A stretch of DNA of 19,584 bases from Candidatus Krumholzibacteriia bacterium (GCA_036351155.1 JAZBOO010000133.1:1-19584), one strand, 5' to 3'. Shown: positions 1-8,074, counted from the stretch's first letter. Translations and numbers: made by a program. The notes: generated by a model from the letters alone, not told the origin.

Positions 1-129
1 TGGACCCAGGAGGACACCCTGCAGGTTCTCCGGAATGGTGCGGGCAAGCAGTTCGATCCCGACCTGTTGAAGATCTTCCTGATGCGGCCCCGGGACCTGC
101 AGCTCATCCGCGAGCGTTTCCCCGATTAA
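1..129 (+). CDS. HD-GYP domain protein (c-di-GMP phosphodiesterase family), 3' end only
   Basis: Frame 1 reads WTQEDTLQVLRNGAGKQFDPDLLKIFLMRPRDLQLIRERFPD* (TAA 127-129). GxGKQFDP is the typical C-terminal motif of HD-GYP domains. Confidence 0.75.
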   Translation, partial: WTQEDTLQVLRNGAGKQFDPDLLKIFLMRPRDLQLIRERFPD

Positions 130-132
130 TTC

Positions 133-1599
133 CTAGATGGAACGGACCCCGGGATGAATACCCGGCTCCACGAAGAGGCTCTGGTCGCGCAGGCAGGTGG
201 CCAGTCCGGGTGGAGACTTGCGCGGCTTCCGCACGTACCGGCGCTCGGTGTAAATGACCGGCACCAGGGACGAGTGCCGCGCCTTGCTGTTGAGGGCGGC
301 CAGGGCGGCGGCCTTGGCCAGGACCGCCCTGGGCACAGCTTCCGGCTTGCCCGCAGTGCGCAGGATGACGTGGCTTCCCGACACTCCCTGAGCATGAAGC
401 CAGAGGTCACGGCTGTGGCTGGCGCGATGGGTCAGCTCATCGTTTTCCTTGTTGTTGCGGCCCACCCAGACCTCGAAGGTGTCGTCGATGATGTAGCGGC
501 GAAAAGGCCGGGCCGGCTGGTCGGGTCCGTGCCGGCCCGTGGGTGTGGCCTGGCCGCCGCGCGTCGGCAACAGGTCGGCGTGCTGGGCGTGCCAGTCGAG
601 CAGGTCGTTCAGCAGATCGGCCAGTTCCTCACCCTCACCGTCATGGCTCCGGGAAATATCCTCCAGACGGTCTGTCGCCCGGTCCAGTTTTTCCGCCTCC
701 CGCCGCGCTTCATCCAGCCGTTCCCGAATGATCTCCCGACCTTTTTCCGCCTTGCGGGCCTTGCGAAACCAGGCGTCCAGATTGGCGGCCGGAGATTGCG
801 CGGGATCCAGAGCGATGTCCCGGGGGTCGCCATCACGCAAATCGGGAACCACCAGGCGGTCCTGCCCTTGCCGCACCTCGTGCAGATGCGCGGCCAGGGT
901 CTCGGCCTGACGGCGGTAGTGTTCGCTTTTTTCCGCCTTCTCGTGATCCTGCTGGAGGTTGTCCACCAGGCGTTCGTTGCTGCGCCGCACGCGGTCCAGG
1001 CTGGAACGATAATTCTGCTCGTGGGCCACCGTGAGCCGGGATATCAGGTGACCGAAAGCCAGGCGGGACACTTCTTTCCCTCCGGAGGACGGGGAGTCTG
1101 CCGCCCCCTGGGTCCAGGTGGCGGGAGGCGGTGGAACGGCCAGCAGCCCGGTGGGCGGCCGATGTCGCGCCCAGAGCAAGCATCCCCTGGCATCCAGCAG
1201 CACGGTGTTGCCGCGGGCACCGTACATCTGGTGGAGCAGGAAAAAATGATCGTGCGGGCCGCGATCCAGGCGCAAGGCGGCCACCCGGTCACCGGGCAGC
1301 ATGCCGGCTCCCTCCAGGGTGCAATCCTGCAGGAGCCCGGCCAGGGGGTGCCGCTTCACCGGGACCAGGGCGCGTCTGATGGCGCCGGGCAACGCTCCCT
1401 CGGTGGCGAAGACCAGCTGAGCACCCGGCAGCCAGGTCAGCCACAGGGCGGCGCGTTCCTCGCCTTCCAGATGGAGCCGCAGCCACTGGCTGCCCACGCC
1501 GACCCTGAACAGCGGACGCCCACCGTACCGCGGCCGCCAGTCGGCCAGCAGGTTCTGCAGGGTGAGGTGGTCGGTCCAGGGCCGGAAGGGGTCATTCAT
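133..1599 (-). CDS. rqcH: NFACT family ribosome quality control factor (RqcH/Rqc2/FbpA-like)
   Basis: 488 aa. C-terminal NFACT-R motifs VWVGRNNKENDELT, DLWLHAQGVSGSHVIL and RRYVRKPRKSPPG; central coiled coil with IALDPAQSPAANLDAWFRKARKA; N-terminal DR and GxxN motifs. Confidence 0.88.
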   Translation of the reverse strand: MNDPFRPWTDHLTLQNLLADWRPRYGGRPLFRVGVGSQWLRLHLEGEERAALWLTWLPGAQLVFATEGALPGAIRRALVPVKRHPLAGLLQDCTLEGAGMLPGDRVAALRLDRGPHDHFFLLHQMYGARGNTVLLDARGCLLWARHRPPTGLLAVPPPPATWTQGAADSPSSGGKEVSRLAFGHLISRLTVAHEQNYRSSLDRVRRSNERLVDNLQQDHEKAEKSEHYRRQAETLAAHLHEVRQGQDRLVVPDLRDGDPRDIALDPAQSPAANLDAWFRKARKAEKGREIIRERLDEARREAEKLDRATDRLEDISRSHDGEGEELADLLNDLLDWHAQHADLLPTRGGQATPTGRHGPDQPARPFRRYIIDDTFEVWVGRNNKENDELTHRASHSRDLWLHAQGVSGSHVILRTAGKPEAVPRAVLAKAAALAALNSKARHSSLVPVIYTERRYVRKPRKSPPGLATCLRDQSLFVEPGIHPGVRSI

Positions 1600-1613
1600 C
1601 TGAAGGATCCCGA

Positions 1614-2105
1614 TCAGAAAAAGGTGTAGCCGAAGGTCAGCTTGAAGTCGGGACTGTCCAGCAGGCCCAGGCGGGCCTCGAGCATGAGTTCATCACCATT
1701 GCCCAGGGCCTTGTTGATGCCCACGAGGCCGCTGAGGCCCAGCTGCCAGTCGGCGTCCAGATCGCCAGGCTTGATGTGGTTCAAGGCCAGGGACCCGCCG
1801 CCGTAAAGCTCCCATGGGTAGGTGAACAGCTCGGTGAAGCGATAACTCAGGTCTCCGGCCAGGGTCACCAGGGTCAGGTCGTCCCCGAACCCCATCTCCA
1901 CCACGGGCACCAGCTGCACGTTGGGAAACAGGTCGCCCAGCTTGGCGTGGGCTCCGAAATGGACCTGGCCAAAATCGTCCCAGCTGGTGTAGCCCAGCCG
2001 CACGCCCACCGGAAAGGGCGGACGGAAAGACGAGGAGGATGTTTCCTGGGCCACCGAAGTGGTGCCAACCAGCAACAGGGCGATGATCAATATCCAGCTG
2101 CGCAT
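1614..2105 (-). CDS. Small outer-membrane beta-barrel protein (OmpA/OmpW-like 8-strand type)
   Basis: Start moved to ATG 2105 (GGAAGGA SD upstream). Signal peptide MRSWILIIALLLVGTTSVA, alternating beta-strand pattern, aromatic C-terminal beta-signal KLTFGYTFF. Confidence 0.75.
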   Translation of the reverse strand: MRSWILIIALLLVGTTSVAQETSSSSFRPPFPVGVRLGYTSWDDFGQVHFGAHAKLGDLFPNVQLVPVVEMGFGDDLTLVTLAGDLSYRFTELFTYPWELYGGGSLALNHIKPGDLDADWQLGLSGLVGINKALGNGDELMLEARLGLLDSPDFKLTFGYTFF

Positions 2106-2202
2106 CTCGCATCCTTCCGGAAGAAGCTTCGTCGGGGGGTGACGGGGCATTGAATGATGCCGGTGCATAGTAGTTCCCGGGAAGGGCGGGAACAACCATC
2201 AC

Positions 2203-2231
2203 TTGCCGGGGCCCCCGGCCGGGGCTAAACT
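2203..2231 (+). promoter_or_regulatory. Putative sigma70 promoter of the yicC operon
   Basis: TTGCCG (2203-2208), 17-bp spacer, TAAACT (2226-2231). AGGAGG SD precedes the yicC ATG at 2270. Confidence 0.5.
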
Positions 2232-2269
2232 TCCCACTCCACCCCAGAAACCCTGTCCAGGAGGATACG

Positions 2270-3151
2270 ATGCTCAGCATGACCGGATTCGGCAGTGGCG
2301 AAGGTACCAGCGGTCCCGTGACGGTGACGGCGGAGTTTCGCTCGGTGAACCACCGGTTCCTGGATGTGGGACTGAAATTGCCCACGGCTCTGGGGAGCTT
2401 CGAGATCGAGATCAGGCAGTTCCTCAAGGACAATCTGGCCCGCGGCCGTGTCTCGGTGGCCGTGCAGCTGGATGTGGCCAAGGATGGGGCGGTGGCCCAG
2501 ATCGATCCCGACCGCCTCGACGGGGCCATCACGCTGCTGAAAGATGCGGCCCTGCGCCTGGAAAAGGTCACGGGACAGAAGCACCCCGTCACCCTGGACA
2601 ACCTGCTGGCGGTGCCGGATATTCTGCGCCCCGATGAGCAGGAGCTGGACCCCGAGGATCTCAAGAAGGCCCTGGACACGGCGCTGGCCCAGGCGCTGGA
2701 CGGCCTGAAGACCATGAAGGAAAAAGAGGGCAAAGCCCTGGTGGACGAGATGCGGCAAAGGCTGCAAACCCTTGCCACCCATCTGGACACGGTGTCGGGG
2801 CTGGCGCCCAAGGCGGCCGACGAGATCGCGGCCAAGCTGAAAGAGCGCCTGGACAAGCTGCTGACCGACAGCCTGGATCCCCAGCGGCTGGCCCAGGAGG
2901 TAGCCCTCCTGGCGGACAAGGCCAACATCAACGAGGAGATCGAGCGGCTGGGCATCCATATACAGGCTTTCCACGCCGCCCTGGACGAGGGTGGGCAGGT
3001 GGCCAAGCGGCTGAACTTCCTGTTGCAGGAAATGCACCGCGAGGTCAACACCATGGGCAGCAAGACCAGCCTCATGAACATCACCCAGGCGGTGATTGCC
3101 ATGAAGGACGAGGTCGAGTCCATGCGTGAGCAGATCATGAACCTGGAGTAA
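2270..3151 (+). CDS. yicC: YicC/YloC family endoribonuclease
   Basis: MLSMTGFG, FRSVNHRFLD, EEIERL and KRLNFLLQEMHREVNTMGSK...REQIMNLE signatures; directly upstream of gmk. Confidence 0.95.
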   Translation: MLSMTGFGSGEGTSGPVTVTAEFRSVNHRFLDVGLKLPTALGSFEIEIRQFLKDNLARGRVSVAVQLDVAKDGAVAQIDPDRLDGAITLLKDAALRLEKVTGQKHPVTLDNLLAVPDILRPDEQELDPEDLKKALDTALAQALDGLKTMKEKEGKALVDEMRQRLQTLATHLDTVSGLAPKAADEIAAKLKERLDKLLTDSLDPQRLAQEVALLADKANINEEIERLGIHIQAFHAALDEGGQVAKRLNFLLQEMHREVNTMGSKTSLMNITQAVIAMKDEVESMREQIMNLE

Positions 3152-3163
3152 GGGACGCACGTC

Positions 3164-3748
3164 GTGATCATTCTCATCACCGGGCCCTCGGGTACGGGAA
3201 AAACCACCTTCGTCCGTCGTCTGATGGCAGCCGATCCTCGGCTGGCCTTCTCGGTGTCCACCACCACCCGGCCCATGCGCAAGGGCGAGGTCCAGGGCGT
3301 GGACTACGACTTCGTGGACGAGGCAGCCTTCGATCAGTTGCTGGCCGAAAATGCGTTCATCGAATGGGCCCACGTGCACGGGAATCGGTATGGGACGCGG
3401 CACTCCTGCGTGAACCAGCTGGTGCAGGAGGGGCGGTTGCCCTTGCTGGATATCGACGTGCAGGGAGGGGCCAACGTGATCGAGCAATACGGCCCGGAGT
3501 TGCTGTCGGTGTTCCTGTTTCCCCCTTCCTGGGATGAGCTGGAACCCCGCCTTTCCCAGCGCGGCACCGACAGTCCGGAAGTCATTGCCACCCGCCTGCG
3601 GAACGCGCGCCAGGAAGTGGGGCTGGCCCCGCTGTACAGCTACTGGATCGTCAACGACGACCTGGAGGCCGCCGTGGACCGCATGCAGGCCGTGATCACG
3701 GCTCACGGGTGCCGTCGGGAGGCCTTCGAAAGCCCTCCTCTGGACTGA
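3164..3748 (+). CDS. gmk: Guanylate kinase
   Basis: P-loop GPSGTGKT, SVSTTTRPMRKGEVQGVDYDFV, EWAHVHGNRYGT, DIDVQG; GTG start. Confidence 0.97.
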   Translation: MIILITGPSGTGKTTFVRRLMAADPRLAFSVSTTTRPMRKGEVQGVDYDFVDEAAFDQLLAENAFIEWAHVHGNRYGTRHSCVNQLVQEGRLPLLDIDVQGGANVIEQYGPELLSVFLFPPSWDELEPRLSQRGTDSPEVIATRLRNARQEVGLAPLYSYWIVNDDLEAAVDRMQAVITAHGCRREAFESPPLD

Positions 3749-3778
3749 CCCGCTTTTACGAGATCTGGACCCCCCTGC

Positions 3779-3806
3779 TTGCGTTTTGGCGGTTTTGGAT
3801 TATTGT
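3779..3806 (+). promoter_or_regulatory. Possible internal sigma70 promoter for rpoZ-coaBC
   Basis: TTGCGT (3779-3784), 16-bp spacer, TATTGT (3801-3806), in the 123-bp gmk-rpoZ gap. Confidence 0.35.
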
Positions 3807-3871
3807 TGGGCGGTTGCCGAACGCGATGGATGGGTGTGTCCATTGTCTGAAACTAGCCCGGGGAAGCAAAA

Positions 3872-4114
3872 ATGACCTACATTCCGCGCCATAAAGTGAC
3901 CGCGTTGATTCCCAACAAGTTTAAAGCCATCAAGGTGGCGGCCCTGGAGGCTCGCCGCTTGAATGAGCGTGCCCGCATGTACGGAGTGTCCCTTCCGGGG
4001 AAGATCACCACGCTGGCCATCGATCGCTTGATCGACGGGAAGGTTGAATTCTACGACCAGAAGGAGCGCGCTCGTCTGGCTCGTCTGGAAAGGGAGCAGG
4101 AAGTAGAGGAGTAG
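3872..4114 (+). CDS. rpoZ: RNA polymerase omega subunit
   Basis: 80 aa with PNKFKAIKVAALEARRL and KITTLAIDRLIDGKV omega-type motifs; conserved position between gmk and coaBC. Confidence 0.9.
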   Translation: MTYIPRHKVTALIPNKFKAIKVAALEARRLNERARMYGVSLPGKITTLAIDRLIDGKVEFYDQKERARLARLEREQEVEE

Positions 4115-4117
4115 CCC

Positions 4118-5371
4118 ATGGCCTCTGCCCGTATTCTCCTGCTGGTCACTGGCGGTATCGCCGCCTACAAGGCCTGTTTTCTGGCCCGCCTGTACATGCA
4201 GGCGGGCTTTTCCGTCAAGGTGGCCATGACCGACGCCGCCACCCGCTTCGTGACCCCCATGACCTTCCAGGTGCTGACCGGGCACCCCGTGGCCACCGAC
4301 CTCTGGGGTGAGGGGCAAAGCGTGGCGCTGGACCACATCGAGTACGCGCGGTGGGCCGACCTGGCGGTGGTGGCTCCAGCCACGGCCAACAACCTGGCCA
4401 AGCTGACGGCGGGGATTGCCGACGACATGGTGACCACCCAGCTGCTGGCCTTTCCCGGGCCGGTGCTGGTGGCTCCGGCCATGAACGACAACATGTGGGA
4501 TCATCCGGCCACCCAGGCCAATGTGGCGCTGCTCAAGCAGCGCGGTGTCCACTTCGTGGAACCGGCCGATGGCTGGTTGGCCTGTGGCACCGTCAGCAAG
4601 GGGCGCATGGCCGAACCCGAGGACATCCTGGCGGCCACACGGGAACTGGCGGCGGTTATACCTGCGCGCGAAGAATTGAGTGCCACGAAATCTGCCCCTG
4701 GTTTCTGGCCGGGGCAAAAGGTGCTGGTGACCGCCGGCCCCACCCACGAGCCCATCGACCCCGTACGTTTTCTGGGGAACCGCTCATCCGGAGCCATGGG
4801 GTACGCACTGGCTCAGGCGGCCATGCAGCAGGGAGCTCGGGTCACCTTGATCACGGGGCCCACCGAGCTGCCGGTGCCGCGGGGCCTTGAGCAGGTGGTC
4901 CGGATCCAGACCGCTTGCGAACTGTCCGATGCCGTGGCCACGGCTCTCCAGGAGGGGTGCCAGTGGTTGATCATGACGGCGGCGGTGGCGGACTTCGGGC
5001 TGCCCCAGCCCAGTGCGGGCAAGATGAAAAAAGAGGACCTGGGGGACAATTGGACCCTGACCTTGAGCCGGAATCCTGATATCCTGGCCGAAACGGTTCC
5101 GCTTCACCGTGACGATGACCTGAAGGTGGTGGGCTTTGCCCTGGAAACCGAGGACGTGTTGACCCGCGCCGAAGCGAAGCGGAAAGCCAAGTCCATGGAT
5201 TATATCGTGGCCAACAATCCCATCGCCCCGGGCTCGGGTTTCGGAACCGGGGATCACCAGGTGACCCTTCTGGGTGCGCAAGGGGTGATCTGGGCCAGCG
5301 ATTCGCAGCCCAAGGCGCGGTTGGCCGGACAGTTGTTGCAGCAGATCGCGGATCACGAAAACAAAGCTTAG
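4118..5371 (+). CDS. coaBC: Bifunctional phosphopantothenoylcysteine decarboxylase / phosphopantothenate-cysteine ligase
   Basis: TGGIAAYKA, HIEYARWADL, APATAN, APAMNDNM, LACG, VTAGPTHEPIDPVRFLGNRSSGAMG, VGFALET. Confidence 0.97.
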   Translation: MASARILLLVTGGIAAYKACFLARLYMQAGFSVKVAMTDAATRFVTPMTFQVLTGHPVATDLWGEGQSVALDHIEYARWADLAVVAPATANNLAKLTAGIADDMVTTQLLAFPGPVLVAPAMNDNMWDHPATQANVALLKQRGVHFVEPADGWLACGTVSKGRMAEPEDILAATRELAAVIPAREELSATKSAPGFWPGQKVLVTAGPTHEPIDPVRFLGNRSSGAMGYALAQAAMQQGARVTLITGPTELPVPRGLEQVVRIQTACELSDAVATALQEGCQWLIMTAAVADFGLPQPSAGKMKKEDLGDNWTLTLSRNPDILAETVPLHRDDDLKVVGFALETEDVLTRAEAKRKAKSMDYIVANNPIAPGSGFGTGDHQVTLLGAQGVIWASDSQPKARLAGQLLQQIADHENKA

Positions 5372-5375
5372 CGAT

Positions 5376-6335
5376 ATGAAACCCTGTTCCGATGATATCC
5401 AGCAATTCCGTGCTGAGTTTCTGGCCTGGCTGCAACAGAACGGCAGCGAGGAGGGAGCCTGGTTTCTTGATGAGGGGCCGGTTCCCGAAACGCTGAGGAC
5501 TGTTCCGGCCGAGCCGGTGACGGCCGAGCCGGTGATGGCCGAACCCGTGATGGCCGAACCCGTGACTGTCGAACCCGTCATCGCCGCACCGGTGACGGTC
5601 CCTGTACCCCCCTCCAGACCAGCTTCTCCCCTCGCCCCGGACCCGGACGATCCCTTTGCTGCGGAATGCGCCCAGTTCGTTGCCGAAACTCTGCAGAATT
5701 ATCGCCGCCAGGTGGGGTCCCATGTTCCCGAAGGGGCGGGCCCTGGGGCGGAAGCCGACCTGGTCGTGCTGCGTGACGAGGTATTGCCGTGCACGGACTG
5801 CGCGCTGCATGAGACCCGTCACCACACGGTGTTCGGAGCGGGCAACCCGCGTGCGGAGGTCCTGTTCATTGGCGAGGCGCCCGGCCGGGACGAGGACCTG
5901 CAGGGGGAACCCTTCGTGGGAGCCAGCGGACAGCTGTTGACCAAGATCATCGGGGCCATCGGGTTCTCCCGGGACGACGTCTATATCTGCAACATCCTGA
6001 AATGCCGTCCTCCCGGCAACCGGGACCCCTTGCCCGAAGAGGTAGCCCGATGTGAGCCCCACCTGCAGCGGCAGCTGGACATCATTCGCCCTCGGGTGAT
6101 CTGCTGCCTGGGGCGTGTGGCGGCCCAGACCCTGCTCAAGACCACCGCCTCGCTGGGTGCTCTGCGAAAAACCGCCCATTTTTACCAGGGCATTCCCGTG
6201 CTGGCCACCTACCACCCGGCGGCCTTGCTGCGCAATCCCGGCTGGAAGCGCGACACCTGGAACGACGTGCGGAAGCTGCGCGCCCTCAGTGATGCCCTGG
6301 CCGACCCGGCTCGCCTCGGTGAAGCGGGGGAGTGA
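5376..6335 (+). CDS. Uracil-DNA glycosylase, family 4 ([4Fe-4S] type), with N-terminal extension
   Basis: CxxC (CTDCAL), [40 protein letters not shown]. Confidence 0.93.
   Translation: MKPCSDDIQQFRAEFLAWLQQNGSEEGAWFLDEGPVPETLRTVPAEPVTAEPVMAEPVMAEPVTVEPVIAAPVTVPVPPSRPASPLAPDPDDPFAAECAQFVAETLQNYRRQVGSHVPEGAGPGAEADLVVLRDEVLPCTDCALHETRHHTVFGAGNPRAEVLFIGEAPGRDEDLQGEPFVGASGQLLTKIIGAIGFSRDDVYICNILKCRPPGNRDPLPEEVARCEPHLQRQLDIIRPRVICCLGRVAAQTLLKTTASLGALRKTAHFYQGIPVLATYHPAALLRNPGWKRDTWNDVRKLRALSDALADPARLGEAGE
5508..5597 (+). repeat. In-frame 15-bp tandem repeat (6 degenerate units) encoding AEPV(T/M)
   Basis: gccgagccggtgacg gccgagccggtgatg gccgaacccgtgatg gccgaacccgtgact gtcgaacccgtcatc gccgcaccggtgacg. 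Confidence 0.9.
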
Positions 6336-6339
6336 TATC

Positions 6340-7704
6340 ATGAATCGACCCTCCGTTCTGGTCATCGACGACGACCTGACCTACTGCCACGACATCCAGC
6401 TGATTTTGGGCCAGCATTTCAACGTCACCACCTGTCGGGATGGTCAGGCGGCCATGGGGCTGCTGGAGCTGGACCGTCCGGACATCATACTGCTGGACGT
6501 GGAATTCGGGCCCAAGCAGCTGCAAGGACTGGAAATTCTCGAGCGGATCCGGAGCCTCAACGATCCTCCTCCGGTGATCATGCTTTCGGGCAGTCGAGAG
6601 CTGGACGATGTGGTGAAGGCCATCAAGCTGGGGGCCTTCCATTACGCGCCCAAGTCGGCCGAGCTGCCTCAGCTGCTGAACCTGATGCAGCAGGCCATGG
6701 GCAGCCAGCGCAACCGGATGACCATCCAGGCCCAGCAACAGGAAGTCCAGAGACTGACCGGGTCCTTCGTGGCCAGAGATCCTCGCACCCTCCGGATCCT
6801 GGAACAGCTGAGCAAGGTGGCACCCACCGACGCCACGGTGTTGATCACGGGGGAATCGGGCACGGGAAAGGAAATGGTGGCCCGGCGGATTCACCAGGAG
6901 AGTGGCCTGGAGGGACCCTTCGTGGGCATCAACTGCGGAGCGGTGCCGGCGGACATCATCGAGGCGGAAATCTTCGGGCACGCCAAGGGGGCCTTCACCG
7001 GAGCCGACAGCCAGCGGGTGGGGAAAATTGAACTGGCCGGTGGGGGCACTCTGTTCCTGGACGAGATCGGCGAAAGTCCTCTGGCTTTTCAGGTGAAGCT
7101 GTTGCGGGTGCTGAGCGAGCGCCGTTTCACCCGCCTGGGTGAGAACCGTGAACTCGAGGTCAATGCCCGGGTCCTGGCCGCCACCAGCAGGCACCTCGAG
7201 AACGCCATGGAGCAGGGAAGTTTCCGGAGTGATCTGTACTACCGACTGAATAATTTTCGCGTGCATCTGCCCGGTTTGCGGGAACGGCGTGGGGACATCA
7301 CCCCTCTGGCCGAAGTGTTCCTGGCCGAAGCGGCGTCTCGCTTTGGCAAGGCCATCCTGGGCTTCAGCCCCGCGGTGGAAAAGCGGATGAACGAGCACGG
7401 CTGGCCCGGCAACGTGCGCCAGTTGCGGAACGAGGTGGAACGGGCGGTCATTTCCTGCACGGGAACGGTCATCAGCCTGGGGGACATGTTCAGCCTGGAA
7501 GCGGCTTTCGAACCCGGCCACCTCCCGTACGATCAGGCCAAGGATCGCATCCTCCGGGAATGGCAGACCGGCTATCTGAGTGAGCGCCTGCGTGAGTCCG
7601 GCGGCAACGTGTCCGAAGCTGCCGCCAACTGCGGTTTACCACGGCAATCCTTCCAGAGACTCATCCGTAATCTGGAACTGGATCCCCAGGAATTTCGGGA
7701 CTGA
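6340..7704 (+). CDS. Sigma54-dependent NtrC/AtoC-family response regulator (REC-AAA+-Fis HTH)
   Basis: Start moved to ATG 6340 (MNRPSVLVIDDD). Receiver acidic pocket and LLD, Walker A GESGTGKE, GAFTGA loop, Walker B FLDEIG, FRSDLYYRLN, WPGNVR, C-terminal GGNVSEAA HTH. Confidence 0.95.
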   Translation: MNRPSVLVIDDDLTYCHDIQLILGQHFNVTTCRDGQAAMGLLELDRPDIILLDVEFGPKQLQGLEILERIRSLNDPPPVIMLSGSRELDDVVKAIKLGAFHYAPKSAELPQLLNLMQQAMGSQRNRMTIQAQQQEVQRLTGSFVARDPRTLRILEQLSKVAPTDATVLITGESGTGKEMVARRIHQESGLEGPFVGINCGAVPADIIEAEIFGHAKGAFTGADSQRVGKIELAGGGTLFLDEIGESPLAFQVKLLRVLSERRFTRLGENRELEVNARVLAATSRHLENAMEQGSFRSDLYYRLNNFRVHLPGLRERRGDITPLAEVFLAEAASRFGKAILGFSPAVEKRMNEHGWPGNVRQLRNEVERAVISCTGTVISLGDMFSLEAAFEPGHLPYDQAKDRILREWQTGYLSERLRESGGNVSEAAANCGLPRQSFQRLIRNLELDPQEFRD

Positions 7705-7730
7705 AATTTTCCTGAGACACCCCGCCTCTT

Positions 7731-7752
7731 GGTGCCGCATTCCGGTGGCACC
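7731..7752. promoter_or_regulatory. Palindromic enhancer-like site 1 (putative UAS)
   Basis: GGTGCCgC-ATTCCG-GtGGCACC; core TGC-N12-GCA. Confidence 0.45.
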
Positions 7753-7798
7753 TTTAAGTTCCACTCTCCCAGTCCTGTACCTGTGTCGCTCCAAATAG

Positions 7799-7818
7799 GT
7801 GCAACATGGATGTTGCAC
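7799..7818. promoter_or_regulatory. Palindromic enhancer-like site 2 (putative UAS)
   Basis: Perfect 9-bp inverted repeat GTGCAACAT-GG-ATGTTGCAC, about 100 bp upstream of the -24 element; same TGC-N12-GCA core as site 1. Confidence 0.6.
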
Positions 7819-7857
7819 AGAGGCCGAGTCGGCTCCATCAAGCAGCCATGGCTTTGT

Positions 7858-7895
7858 GAGTTAACATGTTGTTGAATAATGAGTTAAAAATATTC
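7858..7895. promoter_or_regulatory. AT-rich tract with an IHF-like site
   Basis: gagttaacatgttgttgaataatgagttaaaaatattc. TAACATGTTGTTG matches the IHF consensus YAANNNNTTGATW with 2 mismatches and lies between the UAS-like sites and the promoter. Confidence 0.4.
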
Positions 7896-7913
7896 TCCCC
7901 AAACAGCCAGAAA

Positions 7914-7929
7914 AGGCACAGCCCTTGCC
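7914..7929 (+). promoter_or_regulatory. Sigma54 (-24/-12) promoter
   Basis: aGGCACagcccTTGCc: GG (7915-16), exactly 10 nt, GC (7927-28), matching TGGCAC-N5-TTGC. Confidence 0.65.
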
Positions 7930-8074
7930 TTTCAAAGGGGTAGGGACGGGGCCCAGATATCCCCGGGGGTGATATTTCGAGATTATTTGATGGGAGATGC
8001 CACCAGTTTTCTTCGGAGTGCACAAGCCCCAGGTACGAAACCGGGTGAGTGCCAGATAAGCATGGTGGGGGAAT

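Noticed and set aside
5508..5597. Tandem repeat as a CRISPR array
   Set aside because: 15-bp units with no spacers, in frame within a CDS, and no cas genes.
6115..6339. N-terminal extension of the response regulator ORF
   Set aside because: Overlaps the udg catalytic domain; the receiver domain begins at ATG 6340.
154..7521. Other long overlapping ORFs (154-1629 +, 1693-3282 -, 2225-3706 -, 4971-6365 -, 6286-7521 -), and similarly 11242-12783 -, 16835-17809 -, 18134-19114 -
   Set aside because: All lie antisense to confidently identified genes and lack recognisable domains.
7746..7762. TGGCAC at 7746 as a sigma54 -24 element
   Set aside because: No GC 10 nt after the GG; better explained as half of the 7731-7752 palindrome.
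7990..8070. c-di-GMP riboswitch in the sigma54 leader (prompted by the nearby HD-GYP gene)
   Set aside because: The GEMM-I core (GGCAAAC...GAAA...GACGCAAAG) is not present, and I could not match class II either.
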